64,000 nt of DNA, from contig NZ_JMCB01000032.1 in assembly GCF_000737315.1 (NCBI RefSeq), positions 1-64,000 of the forward strand, written 5' to 3'. Positions 60,602 to 64,000 of the stretch are shown piece after piece. Numbering within the stretch: position 1 is the first letter of the stretch; each line of letters opens with the position of its first letter. Source of the stretch: Hyalangium minutum (GTDB lineage: Bacteria > Myxococcota > Myxococcia > Myxococcales > Myxococcaceae). Both the position numbers and the translations under genes were made by a program. The notes under the pieces are model-generated. The model saw nothing but the letters and a program-made list of their open reading frames with translations, searched no databases and was not told the DNA's origin.

Positions 60602-60659
60602 CCTCCTACCCTTTCTTACATCTAAAAAGGGGAGGCGGCCAGTTTCTGGGTCACTGCTA

Positions 60660-61739
60660 ATGTGCGCGGCCTTGCAGCCCGAAGAACTCTTTCAGGCCGC
60701 CCAGGCGCGGGCGGCGCAGATGGACGTGCGGCGCCAGGGAATGGCGGCGGCGTTGGAGCGCCTGAGGGCGGATGCCTCGGCGCTGTTCGCGCGCATTCCA
60801 GAGCCGCCCTTGTACAAACGCGCGGATGATCCGGCGCAGAAGGCGGCCGAGGCCCTGCTTCCCGAGGCGGAGAAGGTGCTGGCCATGGCGTTCGCCGTCA
60901 CCTCCGAGCCCGAGGCTCCGGCCGCGGCCCATGGCATTCGTGCGGCGGTGCAGGCGCACGCGGAGGCGCTCTGCCACACGGTGAGTGGGCGGCTGACGGA
61001 GGCGGAGACGTCCTGGCGCAAGGCGCTGGAGCTGGAGCGTGCGGCGCACCCCACGCGCAGCCTGATGTCGGCGCCTCCGGCTCCGCCGCCGGTGTTCAAC
61101 AAGGCGACGGGGCAGTCCCGGTACGATCCGCGCGAGGCGCCGCACGCCAAGGTGAAGCTGGTGTGCCCCAACACGGGGTGCAAGCGCATCGGGGACTACG
61201 ATTTCACGCCGAGCCACGCGTACCACCGCTACGTGTGCCCAGCGTGCAACACGCCCTTCATGGCGTACTTCGGCGAGCTGCGCTCGCTGGAGGTGGAGGC
61301 GCTGAGCAGCTCCAACCGCTACCACTTCACGGTGGACGAGCTGGGCGGGAGCAGCGCGCGCATCGACTTCGAGGAGGCCAGCGGCGCCGAGTTCCCCGCG
61401 GCGCGGAAAGACTTGCTGGCCTTCCTCTATACGGAGGCGCGCGAGCTGAAGGTGGTGGTGAACGCCACCAACGGGAAGCTGATGTGGATCAGCCCGGCGG
61501 CCTCGTGCTTCCTGGCGACGGCGGCGTTCGGTGAGGGTGCGCCGGAGCTGGTGGCCTTCCGGGCGTTCCGGGACGAGGTGCTGCGGCGCCATGGGCTCGG
61601 CCGGGCGTTCATCCGTGGTTACTATCGTCATGGCCCGGGGCTGGCGGAGTGGGTGGTGCGCCACCCGAGGGTGAGGACAGGGGTGCGCGGGGTGTTGACG
61701 CTCGTGCATCGAGGCTTGAAGAGGAGTGGACACACGTGA
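60660..61739 (+). CDS. Helical/Zn-ribbon protein with CFI-box-CTERM domain (start 60660 or 60720)
   Basis: CPNTGC...CPAC; C-terminal SCFLATAAFG...AFRAFRDEVL...AFIRGYYRHGP.LAEW. Confidence 0.82.
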   Translation: MCAALQPEELFQAAQARAAQMDVRRQGMAAALERLRADASALFARIPEPPLYKRADDPAQKAAEALLPEAEKVLAMAFAVTSEPEAPAAAHGIRAAVQAHAEALCHTVSGRLTEAETSWRKALELERAAHPTRSLMSAPPAPPPVFNKATGQSRYDPREAPHAKVKLVCPNTGCKRIGDYDFTPSHAYHRYVCPACNTPFMAYFGELRSLEVEALSSSNRYHFTVDELGGSSARIDFEEASGAEFPAARKDLLAFLYTEARELKVVVNATNGKLMWISPAASCFLATAAFGEGAPELVAFRAFRDEVLRRHGLGRAFIRGYYRHGPGLAEWVVRHPRVRTGVRGVLTLVHRGLKRSGHT

Positions 61740-62341
61740 CTGAGCCGGTGACGAACCCTCCGCCCGCAGGTGCTCCTCCTCCTCCCACTCCGCCACCGGC
61801 CCCTTCCACGGGCGAGAAGGCGTCGAAAGCGCTGCTGATCCTGACGGCGGTGTTCGGGCTCGCGGGAGTGCTGTACCTGGGGATCATGGAGGCGCAGCGG
61901 AGCAAGCTGGCGCCGGAGGGTTCGGTGCCCTCGTTCGTGATGGAGCGCTACGGCGGCGGCAAGCTGGCCATGAGCGATCTGCGCGGCAAGGTGGTGATGC
62001 TCGACTTCTGGGCCACGTGGTGCCCGCCGTGCCAGGAGGAGATGCCCTCGCTGGTGAAGCTGGCCAAGGAGTTCGAGCCCCAGGGGCTCGCGTTCGTCGC
62101 GGCGAGCCGGGATGACGACGACGTGAAGGAAGAACTGGTGCGCCAGTTCTTGGGGCGCATGCCGGAGCTGGAGCCCTACGTGGTCTACGCCAACGACGAG
62201 GTGGCCATGGCCTTCCGTATCGAGGCGCTGCCCACGCTCTACTTCCTGAACCGCGAGGGCAAGGTCATCGACGCCGTTCGCGGGATGATGTCCGAGCCCC
62301 AACTGCGCCGGCGCATCGAGAAAGCGCTGAAGGAGCAGTAG
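61736..62341 (+). CDS. Membrane-anchored TlpA/ResA thiol-disulfide oxidoreductase
   Basis: TM helix, LRGKVVMLDFWATWCPPCQEEMP, cis-Pro ALPT; GTGA overlap with the upstream stop. Confidence 0.92.
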   Translation: MTEPVTNPPPAGAPPPPTPPPAPSTGEKASKALLILTAVFGLAGVLYLGIMEAQRSKLAPEGSVPSFVMERYGGGKLAMSDLRGKVVMLDFWATWCPPCQEEMPSLVKLAKEFEPQGLAFVAASRDDDDVKEELVRQFLGRMPELEPYVVYANDEVAMAFRIEALPTLYFLNREGKVIDAVRGMMSEPQLRRRIEKALKEQ

Positions 62342-62347
62342 GACGTC

Positions 62348-64000
62348 TTACTTCTTCGGCGCTGGCGCCGGACTGCCCGTGGACTTGGGGGCGGTGGGGC
62401 CCGGCGTCGGTCCCGGAGCCGTGGGGCCCGGCGTCGGCCCGGAGGCCGGAGTCGCCGGGGCCGTGGTCCCGGGAACCGTGGGGGGAGGCACGGTGGGGAC
62501 AGGCACTTCACGCGGAGGCGTCTCCACCTCGTCCTTCACCAGACGGAACTCGACGCGGCGGTTCTTCGCGCGGCCGAGCGGCGTGGCGTTCGTGGTGATG
62601 GGCCGGTCGAAGCCGAAGCCCTGCGAGCGCAGGCGCTTGCGGTTGATGCCCTTGGCCACCAGGTAGTCCAACACCGCCTTGGCGCGACGATCCGACAGGC
62701 TGAGGTTGAGGGCGCGTGCACCCACGTTGTCGGTGTGACCTTCGATAAGCACGGGGCCGAGCTCGGGATTGCGCGCGAGCACCGAGGCCACCTCATCGAG
62801 CAGCTTGAACGACTGCTTGCGGATGTTCGCCTTACCGGTCTCGAAGAGGATGTTGCCCTTGATGCGGATGCGGTCGGACTCGACGACCACGTAGGGGGGC
62901 GCGTCGTAGGGGCAGCCGTTGTTCTCCGGCGGGCCGAACATGTCCGGGCACTCGTCCTCGTTGTCGGGCACCTCGTCGCCGTCGGTGTCCGGGCAGCCGT
63001 CGTATTCCTTGGGGCCCGCTTTCTTCGGGCACGCATCCAGGTGGTCCGGGATGCCGTCGCCGTCCGTGTCGGTGTCCGCTGGGCAGCCCTTGAGCTCCTT
63101 GGGCCCTGCCTTGTCGGGGCAGCCGTCCTCGCCGTCCACGATGCCGTCGCCGTCGTTGTCCGGATCGATGCAGCCGTCGTCATCCTCGTGGCCGTCGCGA
63201 TCCTCCTTCTCGGTGGGGCACTTGTCGCGCGCGTCGGGGACTCCATCGCCATCCGAGTCGACGAAGGTCTCCTCGTAGCGCAGAGCGACCATGACGCGGA
63301 ACGCCTCGCGCCCGTAGCCACCGTGCAGGCCGATGCCGCGGCCCACGTTCAGCTCCAGGCCCCAGGGGCCATGAATGTGCGTGCGCGCGCCCACCAGCAG
63401 CTCCCACGGAGTCTTGAGCGAGTCGGCCTGGCTGAAGGTGAAGGGCGAGGATGCGGGCGTGGACAGATGCATCTCCGCCACCGCCTGGATACCGCTCAGG
63501 CGGGCCACGTTCGGTAGATCCACCACCGCACCGGCGCCGAGCGTGAACTCATCGTCCACGTAGAGGTTGAGGTACTGGGCGTGGCGCCGGAAGCGCCAGC
63601 CTACGTTGCCCAGCAGGCGCACCGGACCGAAGGAGCGCTCCACCGCGAGCCTCGGGGCCACGAGCACCCCGCGCTCGCCGAGGAAGCTGAAGCCATCGCC
63701 GGTGGGCAGCCGGACCTCGCCCACGAAGCCCAGGCCCACGGGGAATTGAGCAGGATCCAACAGCGTCACGCGCGGCAGCAGGCGCAGATCTCCCAATCCG
63801 AGCCGGTTCACGCTCGCCGCGCCCGGGAAGTCGGGGGCGGCCAGGGCGTCGCGCAGCAGTTGGAACCGGTCGCCCTGGATCACCGTGAACGGGAGGTCCA
63901 CGCCCAGCTCCACGCGGGGATGCACCTGGTAGGCGAACAGCGCGTGGGCATCGAGCCGGTAGGGGAGCAGAGATCCCAGCTGCTCCTCGCCCAGCTTGAG
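62348..64000 (-). CDS. OmpA-family outer-membrane protein with beta-barrel and thrombospondin type-3 repeats (TraB-like architecture; 5' end outside window)
   Basis: Frame is open to base 64000; DSDGDGVPD..DKCP repeats; OmpA_C IEGHTDNVG...LSDRRAKAV...NRRVEF; Pro-rich tail. Confidence 0.9.
   Translation of the reverse strand, partial: LKLGEEQLGSLLPYRLDAHALFAYQVHPRVELGVDLPFTVIQGDRFQLLRDALAAPDFPGAASVNRLGLGDLRLLPRVTLLDPAQFPVGLGFVGEVRLPTGDGFSFLGERGVLVAPRLAVERSFGPVRLLGNVGWRFRRHAQYLNLYVDDEFTLGAGAVVDLPNVARLSGIQAVAEMHLSTPASSPFTFSQADSLKTPWELLVGARTHIHGPWGLELNVGRGIGLHGGYGREAFRVMVALRYEETFVDSDGDGVPDARDKCPTEKEDRDGHEDDDGCIDPDNDGDGIVDGEDGCPDKAGPKELKGCPADTDTDGDGIPDHLDACPKKAGPKEYDGCPDTDGDEVPDNEDECPDMFGPPENNGCPYDAPPYVVVESDRIRIKGNILFETGKANIRKQSFKLLDEVASVLARNPELGPVLIEGHTDNVGARALNLSLSDRRAKAVLDYLVAKGINRKRLRSQGFGFDRPITTNATPLGRAKNRRVEFRLVKDEVETPPREVPVPTVPPPTVPGTTAPATPASGPTPGPTAPGPTPGPTAPKSTGSPAPAPKK

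Overview
High-GC myxobacterial chromosomal window (Myxococcaceae/Archangiaceae-like, inferred from gene content) with about 55 supportable genes, two of them cut by the window edges. The conserved backbone runs: giant EEARLA-repeat DnaJ/TPR protein, REC-DUF4388-TPR protein, tsaD, rsmA, deoxynucleoside kinase, panB-panC-smpB-sspB, a PmxA-like Cache-HAMP-HD-GYP gene with LysM and FecR-like partners, nitrilase, rimP-nusA-ylxR-infB-DUF503-rbfA-truB-rpsO-pnp, M23 peptidase, mscS, dut, purB, purC, TrmJ-like methylase, HtrA, TlpA and a TraB-like OmpA protein. Accessory-looking blocks interrupt it: 9.05-17.2 kb (a lipoprotein bracketed by a 24-bp direct repeat of the rsmA 3' end, TetR/Tat-hydrolase/Omp85, a CxxCH lipoprotein, TetR-PaaI/FabF), 38.7-45.3 kb (kinase-lipoprotein-kinase/STAND triplet) and 53.4-56.1 kb (GNAT, kinase, gene remnant). 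Five Ser/Thr kinases are present. I found no tRNA, rRNA, tmRNA, CRISPR array or transposase. The best leads are (1) a FecR domain apparently split over two genes at its autocleavage site, upstream of an RPYQ-type HD-GYP enzyme; (2) the kinase triplet with two complementary pseudo-cyclase domains; (3) a dispersed CTGACATGTCAG palindrome arrayed at 21-23 bp periods; (4) the direct-repeat-flanked lipoprotein cassette. All domain calls were made by eye from motifs; no database searches were run.
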